Origin: Eutreptiella sp. 'Long Island Sound 2002'
Taxonomy: Eukaryota > Protista > Euglenida
DNA: 64,000 nucleotides
Direction of reading: 5' to 3'
Assembly: GCA_964036045.1 (NCBI GenBank)
Contig: OZ038378.1
Span: 145,700,001 to 145,764,000 of the forward strand
Shown here: piece after piece, positions 33,301 to 48,300 of the stretch
Layout: each line of letters starts with the position of its first letter
How positions within the stretch are numbered: position 1 is the stretch's first letter
Notes under the pieces: model-generated
The model's input: the letters and a program-made list of their open reading frames with translations, nothing else
The model's database searches: none
Told to the model about the DNA's origin: nothing
Made by a program: the position numbers and the translations under genes

Positions 33301-36300
33301 TGGTTGGCAATATCCCACAATTCTTCAGCAATTTCCCTTAAAGTTCTGCCATTTTTTCGCAATTGTTCGGCAGTTTCCGCAAATTTCTGGCAATTTTCCG
33401 CAACTGTTCTGCAATTTTCCGCATTTATTTGGCAACTTCCCGCAAATTTTCTGGCAATTTTCCGCAATTGTTCGGCAATTTTCGGCAATTGCTCGGCAAT
33501 TTTTCGCAATTGTTCGGCAATTTTCCGCAACTGTTCTGCAATTTTCCGCAATTGTTCGGCAATTTTCCGCAATTGGTCGGCAATATTCCGCAATTCTTCA
33601 GCAATTTCCCTTAAAGTTCTGCCATTTTTTCGCCATTGTTCGACAGTTTCCCACAATTTTCTGGCAATTTTCCGCAACTGTTCTGCAATTTTCCGTATTT
33701 GTTCGGCAATTCCCCCAAAATTTCTCGCACTTTTCCGCAATTGTGCGGCAATTTTCGGCAATTGCTCTGCAATTTTTTGCAATCGTTCCGCAATTTTCCG
33801 CAATTGTTCCCCAATTTTCCGCAACTGTTCGGCAATTTCCCGCAATTCTTCGGCAATTTTCTGCACCTTTCTGGCAAATCACCTCGAAGAGGTTTGTTAG
33901 ATCAAGCGCAGGTGCATCCGCCATATACCCTCCTTTTTTGGGGCCATTCGCATAGGATACCCCAAGGTATGGTACCGGATGTTCAACCCCTTGTAAAATC
34001 ATCATTTTAGGAGAGAAAATGATCCCCCAATGAATTTTTCGATTTTGACCCCTTCCCCCCCCCCCCCCCCGAACCCAGGTACCCCTTTTTGGAGGGGTAG
34101 TGTGGGTCGGGGGGGGGGGGGGGGGCTCAAAACTACTTTGCGTATTGAGGCCACTGTGTGTGGATTTGGAACCAGGTCCGGGGCGACTTTTCTCTTGTAC
34201 ATGGACCCCCTAATCCATGGCGGGGGTCCCGGGTCCGAACTCCGGGTACCCCCGGTCACCCCCCCCCCCCCCCGCTCTGGGCCCTTACCGGTGAGGACTT
34301 TCGCCGTTTTCACGCTGGATAAGGCTGTTTTAGTGACACCTGCAAGGTTTCCAAAATTCGACTTTTTCCGAAACCCTTCTGTCGCCCCTAAGATCGGTTT
34401 GGGTGATGATTTAGTGACAATACAGGTACTTGAGCACCCATGGGGACCCACGTAGTGGCCGCTAGGCCCATATAGCCCGAGCCATGGCCCCCCAAAAGCC
34501 CCAAAATTTGGGTTGTGTAGGCTGTTTAGTGACGCCTGCAAGATTTCCAAAAATTTACTTTTCCCGAAACCCTTGTGTCGCCCCTAAGATCGGTTTGGGT
34601 GATGATCTAGTGACAATACAGGTATTTGAGCACCCATGGGGACCCACGTCGTGGCCGCTAGGCCCATATAGCCCGAGCCATGGACTCTTCAAGTTGCCTT
34701 GCCGATAGGCAATAGAATTTTCGACAACTTTCCGCAAATTTTCCCGCGCTTTCCCGCAAATTTTCCGCAACTTTCTGCAATTGTTGAGCATCTTTTTGCA
34801 GTTCTTCCGCAAGTTCCCGCAACTTTTCTTCAACTTCCCGCAATTTTTCTGCAAGTGGATTGGATGCTCCCTGACCGCAACCTGCCAGCCCCCCCCCCCC
34901 CCCGGGCGTTGGAGGGAGGGTCCTCCACCTCCTCCACCTCTCCTCCGTACCACACGCCCACAGGTCTGGCACGCGGCACTGAATCGCACAGCGGAGTACC
35001 TCCAGCGGTACCATGACGTCGTAGCCATGAGGTTCCAGACGTGCATGGTGTGCTTCTGCGAGGAGGGGGGCACCGTCCCTATCCCGCCCCCGCCGCTGCC
35101 CTGCGTCAGCACGCTGGACTGCCCGTACCCGCACCACTTCCTGCACGCGGCCTTGGGCCTCTATGACTCCCCTTTCCGCAACGCCTTGATCGTGACCATC
35201 GACGGGGGCGACCCCTTCGGCAATGAAGGTGCTGTTCCGGTGCGTGCGGCCCGACCCAAGGGGGAGGGATTCCGACCCTTTGGGAGGGGCAGACTCTTCT
35301 GCAGTGCACCTGCGGCGGGAGGGGGGGGGGGGCTTTGGGACTCTTTAAGCGGGGCGCACTGTGCGCTGTGCGTGCGCTGTGCCTGCGCTGTGCAAAACGT
35401 AGGCTTTTTTGGACCCATTTCCCCCGATGGCCAAGGTGACCGCAGCAATTACCGTGTTCCCATACAGAGGACTGCTCAGATTCTTATTCAGTTCAAAACC
35501 TCAGATATTATTATTGATTATTGATTAAAGAATTAATTTAACAGGAAATTATTAGAGGGAGTACTAGACACAGTGCGCGCGCGGTGCGGGTATTAGAGTT
35601 GTTCGGTAGACCCTTTCAGCCAGTTTAGAGGCAACTGCGTCCATTCGGGAGCCTTTTAATGTTCCCAATCTGCATGTGTGCCGTGTTTTTGCTTCTGCAA
35701 TGTCTTTTGTCATGTCCTCCTGTTTCTAGGCCTATTGGTTGCACAATTTTGTTGCAAAATCCTGCCCCCCTGTGTCCACAGAGCTCTCATGGCTCCATGT
35801 CTCTCTCATGGCTTCAGGCAGGGGTGTCAGTCGTTTACACCCGCTCGGCTGGCAGGAGTGTGGCAGCGATAGTGGTCGCTCCCTGCACGTAAGGTGATGA
35901 GTTCGTGGCCATCCGCTACGAGGTTGACGGCCGGGTGTGCGACCATCTCCGTACACCAGCGCATCGAATCCGCGCGGACGTAGAGGTTTATGTGTTGTTT
36001 GCAGGGATGGCTTAACAAAGACAGTGACAGTCACAGCCACAGTGACAGTCACGTTTGGTTGCCTATTATTCTCTGCTGTTTTTTTTTTGCCTTACTACTA
36101 CGCTACCAGGAAATAATAGCAACTATCCAGAACCCACCAGGAATGAATAGCAACCATCCACAACCCACCAGGAAATGATAGCAACCATCCAGAACCCACC
36201 AGGAAATAATAGCAACCATCCAGAACCCACCAGGAAATAATAGCAACCACCCAGAACCCACCAGGAAATAATAGCAACCATCCAGAACTCACCCGGAAAT

Positions 36301-39300
36301 AATAGCAACCATCCAGAACCCACCAGGAAATAATAGCAACCATCTAAAACCTACCCGGAAATAATAGCAACCATCCAGAACCCACCAGGAAATAATAGCA
36401 ACTATCCACAACCCACCAGGAAATAGTGGCAACCATCCACAACCCACCCGGAAAGAATAGCAACCATCCAGAACCCACCCGGAAATAATAGCAACCATCC
36501 AGAACCCACCCGGAAATAATAGCAACCATCTAAAACCCACCATGAAAAAATAGCAACCATCCAGAACCCACCCGGAAATAATAGCAACCATCCAGAACCC
36601 ACCAGGCCATAATAGCAACCATCCAGAACCCACCAAGAAATAATAGCAACTATCCACAACCCACCAGGAAATAATGGCAACTATCCACAACCCACCAGGA
36701 AATAATGGCAACCATCCACAACCCACCTGGAAATAATGGCAACCATCCAGAACCCGACAATAAATAATAGCAACCATCCAGAACCCACCAGGAAATAACA
36801 GCAACCATCCAGAACCCACCCGGAAATAACAGCAACCATCCACAACCCACCCGGAAATAATAGCAACCATCCAGAACCCACCCGGAAATAACAGCAACCA
36901 TCCAGAACCCACCCGGAAATAATAGCAACCATCCAGAACCCACCAGGAAATAATAGCAACCATCCAGAACCCACCAGGAAATAATAGCAACCATCCAGAA
37001 CCCACCGGGAAATAATAGCAACCATCCAGAACCCACCAGGAAATAATAGCAACCATCCGGAACCCACCCGGAAATAATAGCAACCATCCACAACCCACCA
37101 GGAAATACTAGCAACCATCCAGAACCCACCAGGAAATAATAGCAACCATCCACAACGAACCCGGAAATAATAGCAACCATCCACAATTCACCAGGAAATA
37201 ATAGCAACCATCCAAAACTCACCCGGAAATAATAGCAACCATCCAAAACCCACCAGGAAATAATAGCAACCATCCACAACCCACCAGGAAATAATAGCAA
37301 CCATCGAGAACCCACCCGGAAATAATAGCAACCATCCAGAACCCACCAGGAAATAATAGCAACCATCCGGAACCCACCAGGAAAGAATAGCAACCACCCA
37401 GAACTCACCCGGAAATAATAGCAACCATCCAGAACCCACCAGGAAATAATAGCAACCATCTAAAACCTACCCGGAAATAATAGCAACCATCTAAAACCCA
37501 CCATGAAAAAATAGCAACCATCCAGAACCCACCCGGAAATAATAGCAACCATCCAGAACCCACCAGGCCATAATAGCAACCATCCAGAACCCACCAAGAA
37601 ATAATAGCAACTATCCACAACCCACCAGGAAATAATGGCAACCGTCCACAACCCACCCGGAAATAACAGCAACCATCCAGAACCCACCAAGAAAAAATAG
37701 CAACCATCCAGAACTCACCAGGAAATAATAGCAACCATCCAGAACCCACCAGGAAATAATAGCAACCATCCAGAACCCACCGGGAAATAATAGCAACCAT
37801 CCAGAACCCACCAGGAAATAATAGCAACCATCCGGAACCCACCCGGAAATAATAGCAACCATCCACAACCCACCAGGAAATACTAGCAACCATCCAGAAC
37901 CCACCAGGAAATAATAGCAACCATCCACAACGAACCCGGAAATAATAGCAACCATCCACAATTCACCAGGAAATAATAGCAACCATCCAAAACCCACCAG
38001 GAAATAATAGCAACCATCCACAACCCACCAGGAAATAATGGCAACTATCCACAACCCACCAGGAAATAATGGCAACCATCCACAACCCACCTGGAAATAA
38101 TGGCAACCATCCAGAACCCGACAATAAATAATAGCAACCATCCAGAACCCACCAGGAAATAACAGCAACCATCCAGAACCCACCCGGAAATAACAGCAAC
38201 CATCCACAACCCACCCGGAAATAATAGCAACCATCCAGAACCCACCAGGAAATAATAGCAACCATCCACAACCAACCCTGATATAATAGCAACCATCCAC
38301 AACCCACCAAGAAATAATAGCAACCATCCACAACCCACCCGGAAATAATAGCAACCATCCAGAACCCACCAGGAAATAATAGCAACCATCCAGAACCCAT
38401 CAGGAAATAATAGCAACCATCCACAACCAACCCTGATATAATAGCAACCATCCACAACCCACCAAGAAATAATAGCAACCATCCAGAACCCACCAGGAAA
38501 TAATAGCAACCATCCAGAACCCACCAGGAAATAATAGCAACCATCCACAACCCACCCGGAAATAATAGCAATCATCCACAACCCACCCGGAATAAATAGC
38601 AACCATCCGGAACCCACCAGGAAATAATAGCAACCATCCAGAACCCACCCGGAAATAATAGCAACCATATAGAACCCACCAGGAAATAATAGCAACCATC
38701 CAGAACCCACCCGGAAATAATAGCAACCATCCAGAACCCACCAGGAAATAATAGCAACCATCCACAACCCACCCGGAAATAATAGCAACCATCCACAACC
38801 CACCAGGAATGAATAGCAACCATCCAGAACCCACCCGGAAATAATAGCAACCATCCAGAACCCACCCGGAAATAATAGCAACCATCCAGAACCCACCAGG
38901 AAATAATAGCAACCATCCAGAACCCACCAGGAAATAATAGCAACCATCCAAAATCCCACCAGGAAATAATAGCAACCATCCAGAACCCACCCGGAAATAA
39001 TAGCAACCATCCAGAACCCACCCGGAAATAATAGCAACCATCCACAACCCACCCGGAAATAATAGCAACTATCCAGAACCCACCAGGAAATAATAGCAAC
39101 CATCCAGAACCCACCAGGAAATAATAGCAACCATCCAGAACCCACCGGGAAATAATAGCAACCATCCAGAACCCACCAGGAAATAATAGCAACCATCCAG
39201 AACCCACCCGGAAATAATAGCAACCATCTTGAGCCCACCTGGGCATCCAAAAGCCTCCAGAAGCCTCCATGGGGCACCATTTTTGGGGTGTCCCGCGGAT

Positions 39301-42300
39301 TGGCTTTCTCTCGGTAGTTTGTTCCAATACGTTACGTGGTGCGCACGAGGTGTGCGCGCGGTGCAGGTAATCCCCCTTAAAATTATTTTAATCATTATCA
39401 AATCTAATCTATGTTTCACACTGAAAATGCTGTCTAAATCCGCTGGTTCCGCCCCGTGCACGTCGCTCCCCTGGTAGTTGGGTGGGGTTCATCGTGGTCA
39501 CGGGAACGCTAACGTACTATTGGGCGCTGTGCATGCGCTCTGCAGAAATGTCCCCCCAAGGGCCTGCGGTGCGGCAAGTTTCGCACCGCAGTCTCCATTG
39601 TGCAGATGGACATGGGGCAGATGGGCGCTGCACATCGTATGCGGGAGTGGGTTGGGTGCACCGCCCACGCCATTGACCCCGCCAGTCGCACCGGCCCCTG
39701 CCCTCCAGACGGCCCTTCGGACGCGACCTGCGCTGCACTCGCCGCGGCGCTTGTGTCTGTACCGGGGGCATATACCAGCTTCCAATTACCCTCCCCAGAG
39801 TTCCACTCAACAACTCAGCACCAGTGGGCAGGGGGGGGATGGGGTGGGGTTACAGACCCCTCCCCCCCCAAGACCCACCCCCGCCCCTTCAAAGATTGGG
39901 CCAATTTTGCTCCGGGCCTTCGGCCAATCAAAAATTTCTCTGGCGCCTTTGGCGCCAGGTAATTTAGACGAAAAAATTTCTTCGGCACCTTCAGCGCCTC
40001 CTCCTCCCACTCAGCACCACCGGGGGGGGGGGGGGGGGGCTGGACCCACCCCACCCAAACCCCCCTTAAGTGGAACTCTGTACCCGCCCATCCACTCTCT
40101 CTCAACTCTTCCAGCGACACAGCAGCTGTTCGAGGGTACATGCTACTGTGTTGGAGGTGTGTCCTCCCATGAGGGACCCCCACAATACAGAGGAGTGTCA
40201 GAATCGGGGACAATGCGGTGAAATGGCAGGTGGTCGCCATTATCCACACCTCCCAGGAATGTATTTGAGGGGAAGGGACCTCAGAGGCGGCCCCAGAAGC
40301 GGTTAACAGGCGGTTCGAGGAGGTTGGAGGAGCGGTTGGGGTGGTTACTGTCGGTTATAAATGCCATTGAGGCTGGCATTTGCCGCATAGGCTGGGCACC
40401 CTGGAGGGGGGGGGGTACCCCCCCCCTTCCAATGCATCCCTGCCCCCTCCCCCTTCCGCGCCCTGCCCCTCCATACACCCCATCGCCCCCCCCCCCCCCC
40501 CGCCCCAAACACACGCGTTTTGTATGGGCGCAGGGAGAGGGCCGGCTCCGACGCCGTGACGGCTCTGGCCTGGGGACCGTCCAGCAATACCCCCTCCGTT
40601 GTGCACAGGATGCACCAACCGCCAACTGCCAACCACTGCCAACCGCCACCAACAACCAATCACCAACCACCAACCGCCGCCAACCACCACCAACCGCCAC
40701 CAACCGCAAGTTGCCAACTGCCAACCGCCAACCGCCGCCAACCGCCAACCGCCAACCGCCACCAACCATGGGTGAGCACATGGAGTGCCCGCGGGCTTTT
40801 TTGGGAAAACTGGTTCTGGAACACTTTTTTTTTTCCCGTTCAGGACCGCCCTGGGCCTGGGGACCATCCAGCAATACCCCCTCCGTTGTGCACAGGATGC
40901 ACCAACGTATGGCTGGGGGACCGCCGAAACCACAGCATCACGAAGTTGAGCGACCACGTGACGCTCAAACTGTGCCTTGGCGTGAGCTACGCGGTGTTCT
41001 CGGGCCTCGTGATGCCCCCGGGGCCCGCAAACCCCTGCCTCGCCTACATTCAGACGCTGAATCTGACGGAGTTGAACAAGGTCTGCGGGTGTAGGTTTGC
41101 CCATGAAGGGCGGTTGTTGAGGAGCTGGTGGGTTCATCGGCTGTGGACCCGAGACCGGGGCTGTGGAGGGGCGTGCAACACTTTCCCAATACATTCGCAG
41201 TCGAGGGCTAGACACGCTTTGTTGAGTGTGTGGAGGCTGGGCGACCTGAAAATTGCTCTGCGGGGGGGGGGGAGGGTGACATGGACGCCCGCCGAAGGAG
41301 GGGGGGGGGGGGGTTGGAGAAATGGGTTTCCGTGTCGGGCCCTTTATTTTGTGTAAGAACGGATGTTGCCCCCGCCCTAAATTCCCCCTCCCGTCACGGC
41401 GGCCAAGGAGGGGGGGGGGTTGGGAAAATGGGCTTCCGTGTCACCCCACCCCCCCCGCAGAGCAATTTTCTTCCCGCCCTGTGGAGGGCTGCTCCGGCTT
41501 AATGTGTGTTTTATACCCCCCCCCAAGCCCTTGGGTCCTGTGATTGATAGAAAATCGGGTTCCATCAAAGAGCTCTTTCTGCTACCGAATGACCCGACAC
41601 CCCCTTTTCTGGCCGGGTCAGCGAGGGCAGGGTGCTGTGTTGTTCTGACCCAGTTGGCACGAGCTGACCCGGTTGTGCATTAGCGATGGGTACGCTGACC
41701 CAGGCTGCCCAAGAAATATTCGATAGTCGTGTGAGCATGGTGACCTCAAAGCAACACTCGGCACACACAGATCTGGTTTGCGCTGCAGTGGCAGGAAGGC
41801 AAAACAATGCAATGAACAAGTGTGTATCCGGCAGGACTTCAACACTTCAACACCTGACGGCATGGCCCCAAGCCCTTTTCCCAGCACGGAACAACACGTG
41901 GGAGACGGAGAGCTCTGAGTCGGGGGGGATCAGAGTTCAGCACGGACGTGAGCGACACACGCCTGGGCAAGTACCGGAGGCATGAACCGTGAGCAGGGAG
42001 GGAAGGGATAATCAAGAGTAATTCCACAGATTCACATCCTACACACCGCGATTCACACGTTACACACTCTGAATCACATCCTACATACTGTGATTCACAC
42101 CCACACACTGTGATTCGCATCCTACACACTCTGATTTTTGACATTCTACACACTGTGATTTTTGACATTCTACACACTGTGATTTTTGACATTCTACACA
42201 CTGTGATTTTTCATATCCTACACACTGTGATTTTTCACATCCTACACACTGTGATCATTCACATCCTACACACTGTGATTCACATCCTACACACTGTAAT

Positions 42301-45300
42301 AATTCACATCCTACACACTGTGATCATTCACATCCTACACACTGTGACCATTCACATCCTACACACTGTGATCATTCACATCCTACACACTGTTATCATC
42401 TCTTATGACCACCCCTTATGACCACCCTTTATGACCACCTCTTATGACCACCCCTTATGACCACCTCTTATGACCACCCCTTATGACCACCCTTTATGAC
42501 CACCGCTTATGACCACCGCTTATGACCACCGCTTATGACCACCCCTTATGACCACCCCTTATGACCACCCCCTATGACCACCCCTTATGACCACCCCTTA
42601 TAACCACGTCCTATGACCACCCCTTATGACCACCCCTTATGACCACCTCCTATGACCACCTCTTATGACCACCTCTTATGACCACCCCTTATGAGCACCT
42701 CTTATGAGCACCCCTTATGACCACCGCTTATGACCACCCCTTATGACCACCGCTTATGACCACCCCTTATGAGCACCCCTTATGACCACCCCTTATGACC
42801 ACCCCTTATGACCACCCCTTGTGACCACCTCCTATAACCAACCCTTATGAACACCTCTTATGACCACCCCTTATGACCACCCCTTATGACCACCCCTTAT
42901 GACCAGCCCTTATGACCACCCCTTATGACCACCCCTTATGAGCACCCCTTATGACCACCCCTTATAACCACGTCCTATGACCACCCCTTGTGACCACCTC
43001 CTATAACCAACCCTTATGACCACCCCTTATGACCACCCCTTATAACCACGTCTTATGACCACCCCTTATGACCACCCCTTATGACCACCCCCTATGACCA
43101 CCGCTTATGACCACCGCTTATGACCACCCCTTATGACCACCCCTTATGACTACCAGTTGTGACCACCCCTTATGACCACCCCAGCACTGGTACTGCAATC
43201 TAAAGGGCAGCATGCGAGGGATGTGCGTCCAAGGTCCTGCGCATGGCTGGTGCGCTGTAAGGACGCTGGTGGCACGTCTGGTGGAGAATGAGCTTCATGA
43301 ACATGACGCTTCGTGGGATGATAAATTGGTGTTCAATGGGGGGTTCCTGGAAACTGACCGACCTCTTCAAGCTGAGGGAAGGGGGCACGCACCATAGCCG
43401 TCGACAAATCTGTTCCGAGGCGGGTGTGGGTTGTTCAGGGTTTGCGCACTTGAGCCATATGCATGGATCGTTACGTGGCAGCAGTAGCCAGAGGCACCGA
43501 CTGGGCGCTTGTGTACCGCGTGCAGAAGGGGGGTGCGGGCATCCTGACCAAAGCACAGTGTTCAATGGGAGGCCTCACAGGGGATTGTAAGGGTGGGCAT
43601 TCAGTGTTCCTTCGGCTCCTTCGGCACCGAGGGTCATATCAGGCCCAGGCCCACTGCAAGATTCAAGTCAGTTGAACCGCCTCTGCACAGTTGGCCCGTA
43701 AAAGCCGTGATGGAAAGAGCTCCACGCACATCGGCAGATTGCACACCGGAGACCCAGGGGATCATATTATGGACCCAGTGCTTGGCACTCGCTTGTTTCA
43801 AACAAGCATCACTTCCACGTGGTAGTTTTTTTGCACCTTCTTGGGGGAGCGCACGCATCGCATCAAGTATTTGAACTAGCTCTCTAGGAAATGGTGAGGG
43901 GGCCACGGCGGTTGGAGAAACACCAAGGATGGCGGCGGCAGAACAGCGGAGGGCTTGGCCACCCCGGCTGCAGGGCGCCGGGGCAGAGGAAGGGAGCAGC
44001 CCGTCCGCGGTGGCCTCTCAGAGGGACAGACCCGGATGTCCATCGGGGACCCTGTGAGAGTATGGGCAGAGCGAACCGATGCAACGTCGCCCTGTGGGGT
44101 CCAGCCCCCACGAATGGGGATGCGGGGGGTCCTGGGACGGGTCTCTCAATAACTTGGGCCATCGGCTGTGCCAGTGGGTGAGCGTTGGCGGATGTCGGCT
44201 GCTGTTGGGACCGCCCACGACCGCACGCCGCGTGACCGTCCAGGAGGCGTAAGATGCCGGCAGTGGAGAGTTCGTGGCGAAAGTTGCCACCGACACAATG
44301 ATGTGGGTGAAGGGCAGGCCTGCGCGTGAAAGGGGTTGCCCCCCCCCCCCCCCCGAGTTTACCTCACCTAATTAGGTCACCCCCCCCCACCATGGATTGA
44401 TATCATTTTGGCGCCATTTGGGGGGTCCACCGGGGGAGGGGGGCTCCTAATGAGACGTGTGAGACTTTGTCGTGACTCGTGGCGGCATTGTGTGCTGTCC
44501 CCTGTCTGCCAAATTGACGGTCCGCAGGACTTTAGGTGCAGTGGACGGTTGTACTCCTTGTGCCTCTCGTTTGCTGCAGCGAAAGGCGCCTGTGACATGT
44601 CACTGAAGAGCTTTTCTCTTTGCATTTTGCTTTGCACCTCTGCTTTGTGCTGAACAGCGCCGGTCGTGCACACGCATCTGTATCCCATAGCGGGGGGGGG
44701 GGGTATGACTGGTCACAAAATTATGAAAGAGCCACAGTGGGAAAGTGCAAATCCTGAAACGATCGTGACCAAAGCAGTTGTCTACAGTCAAATGTCACGT
44801 CACATCCACTTGGGAACAATTCCGATTTCATTGTTCTGTCTTGTTGGAGTGTTTGCACAGACCCACCCCTTTGTGTGCACCTCCGGGCCGCAGGGGGCCT
44901 AAACCGGCCGGTTTTTGGACCCTATCTTATGTGACCGTTTTTTGTAACTTTGTGACCAAAGGTGGTGGGGGGGTCTGCCCCCCCCCCCCCCCCGCCCCGT
45001 GTTATATCCATCACTGCCCCCCACCCCCCGGGATATGACCATCGGTTTGTGCATGCCACTATACGTGGGGCATCCTGCCCCGGGCACGTTGTACACAGCC
45101 ATGGCTGCACGTGCCTGGTCCCTTCTGGTGAAGAGTAGACCCGCCGCCAGCATCCAGCCTGGACCCTGGCACTGGCCAAGGTTCACCCGCCTGCGTGTGC
45201 CGCACTGCGGACCGGCGCATAGGCCCGGCGCATCCATCACTCGGTAGGACCCGCCCACATCTGATGTCCGAGTCCGTAGCTGTCCGCCCCGGCGAATCAC

Positions 45301-48300
45301 GCCTCAGTGCCCAGACACTTGCGGCGGGTCCGGTGACGTTACGCCACCTCCGCGGCTCTGCACAAAGCAGAAATCTGCGAACAGGCTCCGGTGCCGTGTG
45401 ATTGCCAACCGCAGCCAAAGGTCATCAACCCCCCCCTACCCCCCCCCCCCCTCCCACCCGGACATCGCCCCGGGGCACAGTCTTCCCGCCGCCGGTGTGG
45501 GATGTCCACCCGGACACACCCGGCCAAAGGCGGAGGAGTCTTCCGCCATCTGCGTGGGCCAGGCACAGAGTAATGAAACGGGAAAAGTCCGGGGTCCCAT
45601 TGGCACAACCGGTACGGGAATCAGGGGAGGACCGGCAAGGGGGGTCTGGAGGCCGGAGGCCGGTGGCGCCGCCTGCTACAGGCAGCAGGTTCCTGGGGCT
45701 TCTTGCCCCCCCCCCCCCCCCCTGCACAACAGAGCTGGTGCACTCAATATGAATTATGTATGATATAAATTACATCGTGCTGGGGTCTAGGATATACAGC
45801 AGATCGTAATAGATTATCTTCAGAATAAATTACATCAGAAATGATTATATTCGATGTACAATATATCATAATAGATGTTATACAATAGATATTGTTGTGA
45901 TAGATTATGTACGATATAGGGGTTGCGTTAGTGCGCCGTGCACACGTGGGGCACGCGCCGGGTGCGCCGGGCCAAGTTTCAGCCTATTTTCTGCACTTCT
46001 CTCCCTGTTCCCCATTTTCTGTCCCCATTATGTAGCCAACTGTAATTTTGTCCTTTTCTATTTGGGAACTCCCGAGAAGGCAGGGGTTATGTAGCCAATT
46101 GTGATTTTGTGCCCTTCTATTTGCATGAAGACCTTTTCTGTTCACCAGCATTTGTGCTTCGTTATGCCATTTGTGCTTAGGGTTCCTGTGCTGGAGGAGG
46201 GGGTGATGTTTGGGGGTAAAGCATTGGGATAGAGGGCCGGAACATTGATTTGGATGCCGGGCGCGCCGGGCACGCGCCGGGCAACCGTTCCCCCATAGAT
46301 TATATCGGAATAGATTTCCGACGATATAAATGATCCGTAATATACGTGTACGATATGATTCATGTCATAATAGATTACGTACAATATAAATCATATCGTA
46401 ATAGAATATAGACGCTATCAGCAGCAATATCATGTACTTATTGTCTTTACAAGGTGCAGTGCACCAGCCCCCTTGTGCAAGCGCTGCCCTCTGCAGCAAA
46501 GCTTCCGACAATGACGGATTCACCACCTCAAGCCTGGATTGTGCAAGGCGGTGCTTGACCGCTGCAGGCGACAACACTCGGGCAAGGTGGAACCAGGCGC
46601 CTTTCCCACTGTCCGCCACCGCCTTTGAGATTGCTTCGGCCCTCCCCCCCCCCCCCCTCCCCCGCGCCGCCCGTCTCACACGTGCCCCACGCCGCACAGT
46701 GCCACATGCTGCCCGGGGCCCAACTGCTGGTGGAGGAGATCCGCAGGGGCCGTCCGCATCGTCGCTTCGTGCCGCTCATCCGCCATGCCCTTGCGGACCC
46801 CTTCGCCCCCAAGACGTACCTCGGGCTGTTGCAGGAGCACAAGGGGCTGCTGCACCGCAAGGCCGCCCGCACGTTCCTGGCCACGCTGCAGTCGGTGGCC
46901 GAGACTGCGCTGGAAGAGGCAGTGGCGCGGTGGCGCACGCTGTGGAAGGGACGGGTACGCTGTTTGTAAGGGGAGGGTGCCCGCACATGGCTCAAGTGCG
47001 CCAACCCTGAACAACCCACACCCGCCTCGGAACAGATTTATCGACGGCTACGGTGCGTGCCCACTTCCCTCAGCTTGAAGAGGTCGGTCATTTCCCAGGC
47101 ATCCCCCATTGAACACCAATTTATCATCCCACGAAGCGTCATGTTCATGAAGCTCATTCTCCACCAGACGTGCCACTTGAGTCCTTACATCGCACCAGCC
47201 ATGCGCAGGACCTTGGACACACATCCCTCGCATGCTGCCCTTTAGATTGCAGTACCAGTGCTCATACTCATGTGACTTATGTTGAGACCCGGGTCACTTC
47301 GAGCCCACCGTCAATCAGTTGCAGTTCAAGTCACTTCCAGCTCCAGCCCATCTCTTTTTTTGGGGGTCCCGACCAGGGCTCCTTTTAGCAACTCGGCACC
47401 ACAGGGGGTTGGGGGGTGGGGGGTGGGGGGGCACCCCACCCCCCACCCCCCTGGACCCCCCCCACCCCTTACATAATGGTAATGCATGGTGTCTTTATCC
47501 GACACTGATTGCTGACGTCTGACTGACAGCTACCGACCTGTGATTGTCTGACTAATGTAGTCAGACATGATATTCTGTTTTCTGCTTCAGACACCGTGTG
47601 TGTCTTGGGGTTCAACCGCGTTTGGCATAGAGAATACAGATGCACTTGTGTCTTACGGTGGAGTGCATTGCCTCTGGTTTGCATTTGTCTGTTTTTTAAT
47701 GAGGTCTCAGCCCCCACCCCCCCTCCCTTTCTTGGATTGGACCAAAGTTTCTTTCCGGCCTTTGGCCTTTTCTCTGGCGCCTTCGGCGCGAATTAGTGTA
47801 GACCAAAGGATGTCTCTGGTGCCTTCGGCGCCTCTAAGAACTCAGCACCGCTGGGGCCGGGAGGGGGGGGGGGGGCGCTGGAACCCAGCCCCCCCCCCTC
47901 CCGCACCCACCCAGCCTCCCTTCAAAAGGAGCCCTGCTCCCGACCAGGGACGGATGTAATGAAGGTGAATGAATCGACACGTCTCCCCCAAACAGCTGCT
48001 TCAGCAACTGCTTCATTGTCTACGGTCTCATCTGCGCCGCCCGTCAAGACACACCCTGCGACTGCACTGGCGGTTCTGACCCCAACGGGGGGAGCGGGGG
48101 CTGGGACGCACCCTGCTGGCCGGGGTGGCCGTGGTGATAGGGTGGTGTGTCCCATAGTGGCCCGTCACCCCCGCGATCCATTCTGGTCGCCCGGCTTGAT
48201 ATGGGCGGCCCCGCCGGGGGGTTGGGGATTGCGGTCCGCAATTGTGCGCACCATTGCCACCGCCCGCGGTATTGCATGCATTGCCGCCTCCGATGCCGCT

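Noticed and set aside
31034-34010. Many long ORFs (up to 540 aa) over the ccgcaatt array
   Set aside because: Open in several frames on both strands simply because the satellite lacks stops; no domain
35240-35245. Donor gtgcgt as the end of exon 2
   Set aside because: Phase 0 does not match the phase 1 acceptor of exon 3; the donor at 35229 does
36098-39461. Long repetitive ORFs, or a CRISPR array
   Set aside because: Pure 31-bp tandem units with no unique spacers and no cas genes; ORFs are repeat artefacts
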